DNA from: Parcubacteria group bacterium GW2011_GWB1_40_14
GTDB lineage: Bacteria; Patescibacteriota; Minisyncoccia; Terrybacterales; GWB1-40-14
DNA length: 49,050 bases
Direction: 5' to 3'
Assembly: GCA_000996085.1 (NCBI GenBank)
Contig: LBYG01000008.1
Coordinates: 1 to 49,050 of the forward strand
The notes under the pieces are model-generated. The model worked only from the letters and a program-made list of their open reading frames with translations, was not told the DNA's origin and searched no databases. The translations under genes and the position numbers were made by a program. Within the stretch, counting starts at the first letter, position 1; the number at the start of each line of letters is the position of its first letter. This document shows positions 1 through 9,292 of this stretch, piece after piece.

Positions 1-281
1 CGTATCTTATCCGGACTGCCTGAATTTGAAACAACTACAACCGGGATCTTTGCCCCCTCTTCTGTAGTCCTCACTTTCCTTAAAAAATCCAGCCCCTGCA
101 TGCCGGGAAGCATTAAGTCCAGCCAAATAAGCGACGGCTGGGTGGTTTTCATTATTTCTTCCGCCTCTTCAGCCGAACCCGCGCATGAGGTAGTAAAACC
201 ATCATGGGTTAACTTTATACGCACGGCTTCCATTAAGCTCTTTTCGTCTTCTACTATTAATATAGGCTTCTGGGGCTCCAT
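1..281 (-). CDS. Response regulator receiver protein (3' end truncated by window edge)
   Basis: Manual translation MEPQKPILIVEDEKSLMEAVRIKL...PSLIWLDLMLPGMQGLDFLRKVR...IPVVVVSNSG has REC motifs. TATAAT lies 7 nt before the ATG. Confidence 0.9.
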   Translation of the reverse strand, partial: MEPQKPILIVEDEKSLMEAVRIKLTHDGFTTSCAGSAEEAEEIMKTTQPSLIWLDLMLPGMQGLDFLRKVRTTEEGAKIPVVVVSNSGSPDKI

Positions 282-466
282 AATTTAAATTATACTCTGT
301 ATTTATATTTTAAGTAAGCCCAGAAATACAACTTCCAGTTTAATAATATTTATAAGCTATAAATAACAAGTTTTTCATGAAAATCATCAAAAACGTTAAT
401 TGTTTTTCAATAAAAACGGTGACAAACGCTCCGCGTTTGTCGCTGGAAGTTGATATACTGGGTAAG

Positions 467-581
467 CCGGGTAGTGATCCCGCCCCTTAGATATATCTGC
501 GAGAATCATTATCTGGTTAAGTTATAAAGTTAAAATAAATATTATTTTCCTGCTTTTAACAGGAGCGGGACTACTACCCGG
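467..581. mobile_element. MITE-like element, diverged and inverted member of the CCAGGTAGTAG...TCACTACCTGG family
   Basis: Arms ccgggtagtga (467) and ctactacccgg (571-581) match the reverse complement of the elements at 7864, 31283 and 42341. Confidence 0.6.
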
Positions 582-610
582 TAAATTGTTTAAAACCATC
601 TTTGGGCCTG

Positions 611-662
611 CCCAGCACCAGAACAATCCTTCGACTATACTCAGGATAAAGTACGGTACTGG
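611..662. repeat. Palindromic element cccagcaccagaacaagtacggtactgg interrupted by a 24-nt REP-like unit (627-650)
   Basis: An uninterrupted copy is at 16362-16390. The insert tccttcgactatactcaggataaa belongs to the ttcgac..ctcagg family. Confidence 0.8.
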
Positions 663-714
663 ACTGCGCCCCGTTTTGTAGTAAACAACAATTTCTAAAA
701 TCAATTTATCAAAA

Positions 715-2907
715 TTATGACAATTGTTTAAAGCCATCTTTGGGTCTGCTGCCTTCAAGCGGTATGGTGAATGAAAAAGTTGTTCCTTTATCCTTTTCAG
801 AAACAAACCAGATGGTTCCACCCGAGAGCTCAATTGCCGACTTAGCAATAAAAAGCCCGAGCCCTGTTCCGTCTTGAATAATAGCCTGAGCATTACTTGC
901 CCGGAAAAATTTCTGGAAGATCCTGCTTTGTTCGTCTTTGGGAATGCCGTAGCCGTGATCGACAACGCTTATTTTTACAAATTCTTTATCTTTTTCCATT
1001 GTTATTGCAATATTGCCGTCGCGAAAACTATAGCGTATAGCATTTTGAATAAGATTTTCCAAAACAAACCTGATCAATCTTGGATCAAGCTTTATTAGGG
1101 GAAAATTGTCCTTGACGTCAAAACTTATATTTAAATTCTTCTGTTCCATATCCAATTTGGCTTCTTCTATAATAACCCCGACCAATTTTATTAAGTCCGT
1201 AATCTCCGGGACAACTGCCAACGTTTCCTGTTCTATACGCGAAACATTCAAAAGCATATTTACTGTATTTATAACCCGCTCTACCGAAGATAAAATATCG
1301 TCCACGAAAGCCTGCTGAGATTTATTTAATTCACCCACATCGCCGCGCGACATCATTTCAGAAAACCATTTAATAGTAGAAAGCGGCGTCCGCAGTTGAT
1401 GTGAAGCGATAGATACAAATTCTGATTTTATCCTATCCGCTTTAAACTCTCGGGTTTCATCGCTAACCACAATAACTGCGCCATAAATATTACCGTTGGC
1501 GTGCAAAAGCGGCGAAGCTGTTATTTCAACAGCTATACGCGCGTCGTTTTTGTCGAGCAAGAAAAACCCATCAACGAAAGAAAGATTAACTGATTTCTTT
1601 AGGATAAAAACCTTGGATAAAACCTCTCCATATATATCAAATGCCAGGCGCGATTTATCTACAAGATGAAGCCCTTCTTTTAAAGACTTACCTAAAACTT
1701 CTTCCACTGAATAACCAGTTAACTTAGTCATTGCGGCATTCCACAAATTGATCCTTCCATCTTTATCTACAGATAAAATACCTTCACCCGCAGACTCAAC
1801 CAATTCTGTGCCGTGTCTTGTTGCTTCGGCTTCGGCTCTGGAAACAGCTTCCACCTCCTGAAGTTTCTTTATTTCGGTCAGATCCTGGAGCGTTACCACG
1901 TTCCCTTTTATTCCTGTTGAGATGTCTGCAATGCGCTGCAATAACACGCGCACAGAAATTTTTTCTTTTTTCTGATTTGAAAAAATACTTTCCGAGTTAA
2001 AAAATTTAGAAAAAGCGCCTGCGGGTAATTCAGGTAAAAAATCTCTTATTTGTTTTGATAAAATCGCATTCTCTTCCGCCTTTGCCATTTTTTGCGCGGC
2101 CATATTCGCATAAACAATACGACCGTCCGTATTTGTTATAAAAACAGAATCAGCCAAAGTTCCCAAAACAAATGGCGCGGCTACTTCTATCCCAATACCC
2201 AAAAAGCCAAACCTAACTATAGCTACAGCAATAAATAAAGTATTCAAAGTTGTTGCCAAAGCTCCAAACTCAATAACCGAACTATGAAATATCGGCAAAA
2301 TACCGTCAGTATACAAACCTATGGTCACGGGCAACATAGCACCTATAAATAATGTTATGGCCTGTTTCCTTTTTGAAATTTCTTTTGTTGTTAACGCTGT
2401 CTTAAAATAAACGAAAGCCACCAGACCCATCTCAATAAACAACAGAGCCGTTAAAAAAATAAAAAGCTCTCCTGCCCTGCCCGTAAACCCCCAGGAATAC
2501 TGATGAGCTCCGCTATATATAAGATTGGAATTCCATATGAGTAAAAAAGCAAAAAAAGAAAAAAGACCAAAAACGCCCAATATTGTTTTTCTGGTAATAG
2601 AATTAACTCCGACAAAATAAAGACCGAACGCGCACTGCAAAAGCGGAGCCAAAATATATCCGATACTTGATACGCGTTCCCAAACAAGCGCCTGCATAGC
2701 TGTTTGGCTGGTGCGCTCCATAAAGTCCGCGCTCCCCCACAAAGCTATGCTGAAAGCAGCCATTGCATAAATGCGGTTAATGGTGCTTGCGGAATTTCGG
2801 TTTAAAGCAACAACGCCAAGAAAAAAGTTAAGCAAGCCCGCAAGCAAAGAAATGTAGGGGCCTTGAAGCAATTCTGTGGGCGAAACCAATAATGAACTAA
2901 AATCCAT
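715..2907 (-). CDS. Sensor histidine kinase (N-terminal 7TM, two PAS, HisKA, HATPase)
   Basis: About 7 TM segments, PAS motifs, H-box SHQLRTPL, N-box NLIQNAIRY, G-boxes DHGYGI and GTGLGL. Confidence 0.95.
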   Translation of the reverse strand: MDFSSLLVSPTELLQGPYISLLAGLLNFFLGVVALNRNSASTINRIYAMAAFSIALWGSADFMERTSQTAMQALVWERVSSIGYILAPLLQCAFGLYFVGVNSITRKTILGVFGLFSFFAFLLIWNSNLIYSGAHQYSWGFTGRAGELFIFLTALLFIEMGLVAFVYFKTALTTKEISKRKQAITLFIGAMLPVTIGLYTDGILPIFHSSVIEFGALATTLNTLFIAVAIVRFGFLGIGIEVAAPFVLGTLADSVFITNTDGRIVYANMAAQKMAKAEENAILSKQIRDFLPELPAGAFSKFFNSESIFSNQKKEKISVRVLLQRIADISTGIKGNVVTLQDLTEIKKLQEVEAVSRAEAEATRHGTELVESAGEGILSVDKDGRINLWNAAMTKLTGYSVEEVLGKSLKEGLHLVDKSRLAFDIYGEVLSKVFILKKSVNLSFVDGFFLLDKNDARIAVEITASPLLHANGNIYGAVIVVSDETREFKADRIKSEFVSIASHQLRTPLSTIKWFSEMMSRGDVGELNKSQQAFVDDILSSVERVINTVNMLLNVSRIEQETLAVVPEITDLIKLVGVIIEEAKLDMEQKNLNISFDVKDNFPLIKLDPRLIRFVLENLIQNAIRYSFRDGNIAITMEKDKEFVKISVVDHGYGIPKDEQSRIFQKFFRASNAQAIIQDGTGLGLFIAKSAIELSGGTIWFVSEKDKGTTFSFTIPLEGSRPKDGFKQLS

Positions 2908-3261
2908 CCCGTTAGAAGTCTGTATTATGTGTTATTTGATTAAATAACTTAAATTTCTACAGACTTATATTTAATGTCCCGTTAGTGCGCGCATAAAAAT
3001 TTCGTTTAAATTTTTATGCCGAAGACTTCTAACGGGATCCATACCAGGTAGTAGAACCAGGCAGTAGAACAAGTTCACTACCTGGCTTCGATTCGACTTT
3101 TTCGAATCAAGCTAGCGTAGCGAGCGGAATCCCATATTAAACCATCAGATTTTAGTACGGGATTGTATTTCTGGGCATACCCAGTAGAGCTACCTCGACA
3201 GTGAACTTTGCTTAGCAAAATTGACAAACGGCTTTGCAGTCGAGGTGATTCTACTGGACAT
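2908..3261. mobile_element. Stack of at least four nested or tandem miniature inverted-repeat elements at the kinase start codon
   Basis: IR pairs cccgttagaagtc/gacttctaacggg (2908-3036), accaggtagtag/tcactacctgg (3043-3085), tcccatattaaa/tttagtacggga (about 3130-3162) and ccagtaga/tctactgg (3180-3257). CAT recurs at 2905, 3040, 3176 and 3259. Confidence 0.75.
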
Positions 3262-3346
3262 GATATATTTATTATAGCTTTTTTGCGGCTAAGCTGGTAG
3301 CGCCAATAAATTATTTTAACTGATTATAGATAAAAACTATATAAAA

Positions 3347-3378
3347 ACCCCGTCAATCTTTTTTAGATTGACGGGGTA
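3347..3378. terminator. Intrinsic terminator hairpin
   Basis: accccgtcaatct/agattgacggggt stem with an A-tract on the left (U-tract on the minus strand). Confidence 0.6.
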
Positions 3379-3514
3379 ATCCCATTAAAAGTTTACAATA
3401 TTTATTCTAAATTACCTTAAAAACACGGTATTCTAGATAGAAAAAAGCCAGAAAGGATAGCTATCCTTTCTGGCTAGAAAATTTGCCCGTAAACTTCTAA
3501 CGGGACAGGATTGT

Positions 3515-3889
3515 TTAGTGCGGGCTGATCTTTCGAAGATCACCACCATGCGTGCCGTAGACCTTGGTCTTGACGACCTTGATCCAGTGATTGCCTGGGC
3601 GGCACATGGCCGACTTGCGATCCTTGCTCACCTTGACGCTGCCGGCGAAGTCCACGTTGGCGTAGAAGTCGTGCGGACGACAGATCGCCATAGGAGCAAC
3701 GTAGGTGCGCGAAGAAGGATCTTCTTCCTCTTCGGCGTCTTTCCCGATCATAACGGCCGTAAGTCCGGCCATATCGGAAAGGAGCTTTTCGGTGATCTCC
3801 ACAACAGAGTCATCAAGAACCAGCTCCGACACCGCGGCGAGATCTTCCGACGACTCGTTGGCCGATGCGGGCTGGATGCTTTCTGCCAT
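3515..3889 (-). CDS. Hypothetical protein, acidic N-terminus, C-terminal CRPH/CRPGNH possible metal site
   Basis: SD GAGAGG, promoter TTGACA-17-TAGACT, GC-rich codon pattern, downstream hairpin 3447-3476. Confidence 0.75.
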   Translation of the reverse strand: MAESIQPASANESSEDLAAVSELVLDDSVVEITEKLLSDMAGLTAVMIGKDAEEEEDPSSRTYVAPMAICRPHDFYANVDFAGSVKVSKDRKSAMCRPGNHWIKVVKTKVYGTHGGDLRKISPH

Positions 3890-3967
3890 TTCTAGAAAAC
3901 CTCTCTATGTTTTCAAAGTACAAACGTACTTTGTATAAAAATAGTCTATCATATAAAAGGAAATATG

Positions 3968-4102
3968 TCAACCCCGCACTTATTTTACGGTATAAGTTAA
4001 TAGTTTTGGAGTGTCGCAACACTCCAAAACTTCTACAACAGCAGTAAGCATTTCAGTTTAAACTTGTTTCTATAATTCTCTGTAAAATAGGTGCGGGGTC
4101 AA
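3968..4102. mobile_element. 127-bp MITE (CCCCGCAC...GTGCGGGG) with TCAA target duplication, copy 1
   Basis: Terminal IRs, internal hairpin gttttggagtg...cactccaaaac, TCAA on both sides, near-identical inverted copy at 6214-6348. Confidence 0.85.
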
Positions 4103-4194
4103 CCCCCCCTATTTACTGTGGAAATTAATCGTTGACCATACGAAAACCGCGTGATAAATGAAAGTTAATCAGATACTTTACACTTTGGTGCAAA

Positions 4195-4473
4195 ATGAAA
4201 CCGGGTATAAGCACCATTCAAACGCCTTATATATTAGTACAAGATGAGAACGATCCAAGAAACGGCCAAATCGCCATAGTTTTGGGAATCAAAACAATTA
4301 CACCTACTGACGGCAAGGGCTATCAATGCCTTTTAATAAAATTTTCCGATTGGGAACATCAATATGTTCCGCTATCAGAAATAATCGGTGTAGCAGAAAA
4401 CCCAAAGTATCATCTGCTCTCTCCGGAAGAAATTTACGAATTTAAAACAAAACCGCCCAGCCCTAAAAATTAG
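4195..4473 (+). CDS. Hypothetical protein
   Basis: 92-aa ORF behind a TTGACC...GATAAA/TAAAT promoter-like region. The stop codon lies inside a palindromic repeat arm. Confidence 0.6.
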   Translation: MKPGISTIQTPYILVQDENDPRNGQIAIVLGIKTITPTDGKGYQCLLIKFSDWEHQYVPLSEIIGVAENPKYHLLSPEEIYEFKTKPPSPKN

Positions 4474-4493
4474 AGCCGGACGGTTTTTACTTG

Positions 4494-4526
4494 CCCAGCT
4501 CTAATCCCTAGTGGATTAGGGTTGGG
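4494..4526. repeat. cccagctctaat...attagggctggg palindrome family; further copies near 4456, 6831, 10839, 13047, 15738, 19179, 20717, 23938, 24664
   Basis: Recurrent imperfect inverted repeat with a conserved mismatch. This copy is flanked by TTG and abuts TTGACA at 4527. Confidence 0.85.
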
Positions 4527-4597
4527 TTGACAAAATGATATATTTATGATACGATATTAATTACAACGTACTTTTACCGCATTCGGGAGGATACCTA

Positions 4598-4714
4598 ATG
4601 TTTGGTTCAACGCGTCGCAACGGCATGATCCGAAGGGTCATCCGCCTCAACGGCAAACTCTTCGGCTTCAAGCCTCGTCTCATCCCTGTTCCAATCCCGG
4701 TCACAAACCGCTAA
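4598..4714 (+). CDS. Small basic 38-aa peptide MFGSTRRNGMIRRVIRLNGKLFGFKPRLIPVPIPVTNR
   Basis: Own promoter TTGACA-17-TACGAT (4527-4555), SD GGGAGG, terminator 4721-4770. Too short for the ORF track. Confidence 0.7.
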   Translation: MFGSTRRNGMIRRVIRLNGKLFGFKPRLIPVPIPVTNR

Positions 4715-4839
4715 ACAAATGGCTCCGATAATTCGCCTCCGTCAGTTGACGGATGGCGAATCGGAGCCTTTAACTTTTTATGAACAGGATTGTGTTATTA
4801 TAAGCATTATTGTAATATATGACTTGTTAAATAAGCTTT

Positions 4840-4913
4840 GGGCGCGTAGCTCAGTTGGCTAGAGCACTTCACTGATAATGAAGAGGTCCTTGGTTCGAGT
4901 CCAAGCGCGCCCA
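4840..4913 (+). tRNA. tRNA-Ile(GAT)
   Basis: Acceptor stem gggcgcg/cgcgccc, anticodon arm cttca-ctGATaa-tgaag, T-arm ggttcgagtcc. CCA not encoded. Confidence 0.95.
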
Positions 4914-4936
4914 CCCTTCGACAAGCTCAGGGTAAA
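4914..4936. repeat. REP-like 23-24-nt unit (c/t)ccttcgacnnnctcagg(g/a)taaa; copies at 627, 18740, 18826, 18967, 24143, 33128-33215, 33536, 40270, 41338, 46360
   Basis: Recurrent motif seen in both orientations. Confidence 0.85.
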
Positions 4937-4973
4937 CCGATCTAAATGCCCCGCAAAGCGGGGCACTTGAATA

Positions 4974-6204
4974 ATGATCTTCAAAAAAGCTTCTGAAAAA
5001 ATTAATACATTCATACCCAAAGAAGCATTGTTGCTTTCCGGACTTATTTTTTTAAGTTATGTTCTTGGTCTTGTGCGCGACAGAATATTTGCGCGTACTT
5101 TCGGTTTAAGTTCCGCGCTTGATGCGTACAACGCGGCATTTATTTTACCCGAACTGTTCATTGATGTTCTAATAAGCGGGGCTTTGGGCGCCGCGTTCAT
5201 TCCGCTCTTTGTAGAAATTTACAAAAAAGATAAAGCGCGCAGCGAAGAATTTGCAAACACCACCATAACCTCTGCTGTGCTTGTAATGATAATAGGCGCC
5301 GCAGTATTAATATTGTTCGCGCCCAAAACCGTTTCTTTAATAGTTCCCGGATTTAACGCTGAAAACCAGTTGCTCTATTCAAATCTGCTCAGAATAATGG
5401 CGCTATCCCCTATAATTTTCGCGTTATCTATATCTTTGGGAGAAATTCTGGTGGCAAAAAGACAATTTTTATTCTATGGCCTGGCGCCGATACTTTATAA
5501 CTTCGGGATAATTTTGGGCACAATAATATTAAGCCCAAAGATAGGAATTTTTGGCGCGGCCATAGGCAGTATTTTGGGAGCATTGCTTTATCTTGCCATA
5601 CGGCTATTGGGAATATTTAGATCCGATTTCTCACTTAAGCCGGCATTTAATATAAAAATGCCGGAATTCCGCAAACTTTTGGTTCTTATGTTGCCCAAAA
5701 TGTTTGGCCATCCGATAGAGCCTCTTACGTTTTTGTTCTTTACCGCAGCAGCCAGTAGAATAGGCAGCGGGGACATAAGCGCGATAAGTTTCGGCCGCAA
5801 TTTCCAAAGCGTCCCCGTGGCGCTAATTGGCATAGCTTTTTCTATAGTTGTTTTTCCTCGAAAGGTTTTTTGGAGGAGGAGAATTTACCCAAGAAGCCAT
5901 ACAAAGAACTTCGCTGATACTTGGATTCTTTTCTATTTCGATACCGCTTGAAAGCTTATCGCATCTTTTAAGCCGTGCTTTTTTTGCCACCAAAAACACT
6001 TTCATCCCGGTTTGTGCCGCTTTTGCGGGATTGCTTACTATAGTAATAACAACAAATTATCTCTCGCCTACTTTGGGCATAATTGCTTTGCCGATAGCTT
6101 TTGCCGCAGGAACCGCAACAAAAATATTATTGCTTGGCGCAATATTGCCTCTACGCGTACGTTTTATACGTAAAAACTCTTTACTTGACGTAGCATCGAT
6201 ATAA
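4974..6204 (+). pseudogene. murJ: Lipid II flippase MurJ/MviN, split by a frameshifting internal deletion near 5858 (real or assembly error)
   Basis: LGLVRDRIFARTFG, DAYNAAFILPE, GALGAAFIPLF in one frame; LLSRAFFATKNTFIP in a second frame. About 405 aa in total, short for MurJ. Confidence 0.8.
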
Positions 6205-6213
6205 AAAGATGGG

Positions 6214-6348
6214 TTGACCCCGCACCTATTTTACAGAGAATTACAGAAATAAGTTTAAACTGAAATGTTTACTGCTGTTGTAGAAGTTTTGGAGTGTCGT
6301 GACACTCCAAAACTATTAACTTATACCGTAAAATAAGTGCGGGGTTGA
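6214..6348. mobile_element. 127-bp MITE with TTGA duplication, copy 2 (inverted)
   Basis: Reverse complement of copy 1 with a few substitutions. The right TTGA is the -35 of TTGATA-17-TATAAA. Confidence 0.85.
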
Positions 6349-6405
6349 TATTTTTTTATAATAAAGCTATAAAACACTGTTGTTTGAAATACAAAAAGGA
6401 GAAAG

Positions 6406-6813
6406 ATGCGTCCGGTTATCTTTACGAATTCGGATATTAAAGGCGCCACTGTGCGCTCACGAGTTAGCAGAGAAACATATGTATTCGATCCTTCAAAACC
6501 GGCTGATTTCCGCAGAACAGAAGTTTCCCGGGGCCGCTATGGCGTACTCAATGGCAATATAATTGTCTTGCTAAAAGACAACGAAAGCGAAGAGCCTTAT
6601 AGAAAGCTTGCTTCAGAAAGCCACGCTCTGCGCGATCTGCTTACAAGTTCCGAAGCTTTAAAATCTCTTAATATTCCTCCATTCCAACGCAACCAAGGAA
6701 ACGCAAAACTTTTTCATGGCTCTCGCATGTTGCTCGGGATCAACTGGGAGTTCTGGGACGAATCCCGCGAATGCGCTCATTTAATATCTTGGCTTGAATT
6801 GATTACAAGCTAA
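6406..6813 (+). CDS. Hypothetical protein
   Basis: SD AAGGAG, promoter upstream, bidirectional terminator 6824-6869. Confidence 0.7.
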   Translation: MRPVIFTNSDIKGATVRSRVSRETYVFDPSKPADFRRTEVSRGRYGVLNGNIIVLLKDNESEEPYRKLASESHALRDLLTSSEALKSLNIPPFQRNQGNAKLFHGSRMLLGINWEFWDESRECAHLISWLELITS

Positions 6814-6883
6814 ATAAAAAAACAAACCCGCCCAGCTCTAATTACAAAAATTAGGGTCTGGACGGGTTTTATTATTAATATTT

Positions 6884-7777
6884 TTAAGTATTTACGTTTC
6901 CTCCTGATGCGCCCGGCCTATTTGCCGCAACTTCCCTAACTTTTGCTTTCCCTTCCTCACCTTGAGGCTCAGAAAGTTCTTCCAAAACGTGAATAGAACT
7001 AACAAGACTCTTTGCTAAGGCAGTAACGCCGGCGACAACTTCGCCTATCTCGTCAGTGCCGTCATAAATAGGAACATCATAATCCCCCTTCATAATTTTC
7101 CTGATACTGACGATAATTTTATGCAAACGCCTGATAATAACTCTGTACAAAATAAATAGATTAATCGCGTAAAAGATCAGGAAACCTACTATGAACAAAA
7201 TCGCCATGCGCACACTAAAATCTGCCAAAATTTCGTTCACCGAGTCAAGCTTCCAATAGCTGGCTACCACACCGACAACCTCTTTATCCCAGGCAAATTT
7301 AATCGGCACATAAATTTCTGCAAGCTCCTTAAAACCTTTTTCACTTACCTCGTGCTCTTGTTTAAGTTTAGTAAAATCAACGACAACCGCGTCTTTCAAA
7401 GCTTTTTGGTATTCCTCATTATTTTCGTATTTATTACCTATTATGCTTGGGTCATCGGAATAAATTATACGTCCGTTCTTATCCCAAACCTTGATACGAA
7501 CCAAACTATTTTTTGGGATAGCGGCCAGAAAATCTTCAAATTTTTCCTGTGACGCGTCGGAAAGTACGAAATCTTCAGCCGTAAAAAAACTTTGCGCGTA
7601 ATAATTGATAAACGAAACAACGCTGTTTTTGGTATGAACTATAAAAACCTCACGCGTATAATGCTTAACAAATATAAAAACCAAAGCCCCGAAAACTGTG
7701 AACATCAGAATAGTCGGGATAAAAAGTTTTATATATATTGAGTTAAACCTAAGCAGGTGGGATTTCAAATCGCTCAT
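6884..7777 (-). CDS. Membrane sensor protein: TM, Cache-like extracellular domain, TM, HAMP; no output domain
   Basis: RIKVWDKNGRIIYSDD and EIYVPI Cache-like motifs; HAMP-like GDYDVPI..DEIGEV. Confidence 0.8.
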   Translation of the reverse strand: MSDLKSHLLRFNSIYIKLFIPTILMFTVFGALVFIFVKHYTREVFIVHTKNSVVSFINYYAQSFFTAEDFVLSDASQEKFEDFLAAIPKNSLVRIKVWDKNGRIIYSDDPSIIGNKYENNEEYQKALKDAVVVDFTKLKQEHEVSEKGFKELAEIYVPIKFAWDKEVVGVVASYWKLDSVNEILADFSVRMAILFIVGFLIFYAINLFILYRVIIRRLHKIIVSIRKIMKGDYDVPIYDGTDEIGEVVAGVTALAKSLVSSIHVLEELSEPQGEEGKAKVREVAANRPGASGGNVNT

Positions 7778-7860
7778 AGACTACATTATACCAAAAATAT
7801 AGGCAGCAAACCAACCTGGGCAGATTTACTGCGCCGGAAAATTGTTGATAAGCTTAAATT

Positions 7861-7896
7861 CATACCAGGTAGTAGAACAAGTTCACTACCTGGCAT
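7861..7896. mobile_element. Short 30-bp ACCAGGTAGTAG...TCACTACCTGG element with CAT duplication
   Basis: cat-[accaggtagtagaacaagttcactacctgg]-cat. Confidence 0.75.
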
Positions 7897-7901
7897 AAAA
7901 A

Positions 7902-9185
7902 TTAATATCTGCGTCGTTTTTTCTGATGCCCGCTGGCTCCGCGAGGATAGAATGAACGGTGAGAATTATTTGTCCGCCCGCGACTAGCGCCCGCATAGCT
8001 TCTATTGGCAGGATATCCGTTTTGAACGCTATGGCTTAAAACCCTTTCCGGCGGCAACTCCGGAAGTTCCGATATTTGCAAGTTTTTTCTGATAAGACGC
8101 TCTATGTTGCGTATCTCCCGTTGTTCTTCGGGCAAAACAAAAGAAATGGCATGACCCGCTGCTCCGGCTCTGGCTGTGCGCCCGATGCGATGAACATAGT
8201 CTTCGGATTGCATAGGAAGGTCATAATTTAACACCAGCTCTATTCCTATAACATCAAGGCCTCGCGCGGCAATATCTGTGGCAATAAGTACGCGATATTT
8301 TCCGGATTTAAAACCATCCAAAGCATCTCTGCGCTGGTTTAGGGTTCGGTTTGAATGCAATTCGGCTGCGTCATAGCCCATCGCGCGAACAACGCGGGTT
8401 ATACGTTTTGCGGTATGTTTTGTTTTTGTAAAAACAAGAGTTGAACCTTTATATTCACCGAGAAGTTTTTCAAGAAGCCTGGTCTTTGCGTCTTTTCTCA
8501 CTATAAAAATCTCCTGCGTTACTAGATCTGAAGTTGTGCCCGATGGCGCGATCTCAATACGTATCGGCAATTTCATATTTGAAGAAGCAATGGTCATTAT
8601 ATCCGGCGGCAGGGTCGCAGAAAAAAGCATCGTCTGGCGCTCGCGAGGTACCGCATAAAGTATTTTTTTGATCTGCGGAAGAAAACCCATATCCAACATC
8701 CGGTCGGCTTCATCTAAAACAAGAACATTTACTGTATCCAATTTCACTGCTTTTTGTTCAAGATGGTCAATTAATCTGCCGGGTGTTGCGATAATAATAT
8801 GCGGGTTGCGTGCAAGAGCTTTAAGTTGCGGACCGGGCGAGGTGCCACCTATTAAAACCGCGGTTTTCAAACCAAGAGAGCCTCCTATTTTATGTAACTC
8901 TTCATCAACCTGCATAGCCAATTCACGCGTAGGAAGAACTACTAATCCTCTGCCTTTTTTATGCGCCAACGACTGTATCATCGGTATGCCAAAAGCCAAA
9001 GTTTTACCGGTACCTGTTTGGGCAATGCCTACAACGTCTTTACCCTCAACAGCAATCGGAATAGCCTGACGCTGTATGGGTGTGGGCGTTACAAAACGCA
9101 TCCGTGCTAAAATTTCTAAAATACCCGGAGCTATCCCGAGACCGTGAAAAGAAGATGTATTGGTGGTATTAAACTTAGATTCCAT
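7902..9185 (-). CDS. DEAD-box RNA helicase (RhlE-like)
   Basis: AQTGTGKT, PTRELA, DEADRM, SAT, ARGLD, YVHRIGRTAR. Start placed at MESKF, 6 nt after TACGAT. Confidence 0.95.
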   Translation of the reverse strand: MESKFNTTNTSSFHGLGIAPGILEILARMRFVTPTPIQRQAIPIAVEGKDVVGIAQTGTGKTLAFGIPMIQSLAHKKGRGLVVLPTRELAMQVDEELHKIGGSLGLKTAVLIGGTSPGPQLKALARNPHIIIATPGRLIDHLEQKAVKLDTVNVLVLDEADRMLDMGFLPQIKKILYAVPRERQTMLFSATLPPDIMTIASSNMKLPIRIEIAPSGTTSDLVTQEIFIVRKDAKTRLLEKLLGEYKGSTLVFTKTKHTAKRITRVVRAMGYDAAELHSNRTLNQRRDALDGFKSGKYRVLIATDIAARGLDVIGIELVLNYDLPMQSEDYVHRIGRTARAGAAGHAISFVLPEEQREIRNIERLIRKNLQISELPELPPERVLSHSVQNGYPANRSYAGASRGRTNNSHRSFYPRGASGHQKKRRRY

Positions 9186-9292
9186 GTCCGAATCGTAACA
9201 CCAGTTATCTGACCTCACAAGCTATTCTCTTTTTTATAATATAAAACCTCCTCAATTAATTATCGAGGAGGTATTATTTATTGTCACGGATT

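Noticed and set aside
467-581. 6S RNA-like hairpin after an extended -10
   Set aside because: Its arms match the inverted CCAGGTAGT MITE family, and it is short for 6S.
522-965. 147-aa ORF on the minus strand
   Set aside because: Alternate frame of the kinase running through repeat DNA.
3518-3938. Plus-strand ORFs opposite 3515-3889
   Set aside because: Antisense shadows; promoter, SD and terminator support the minus strand.
4002-4030. GTTTTGGAG...CTCCAAAAC resembling a type II CRISPR repeat
   Set aside because: It is a perfect hairpin inside dispersed MITEs; there is no repeat-spacer array and no cas gene.
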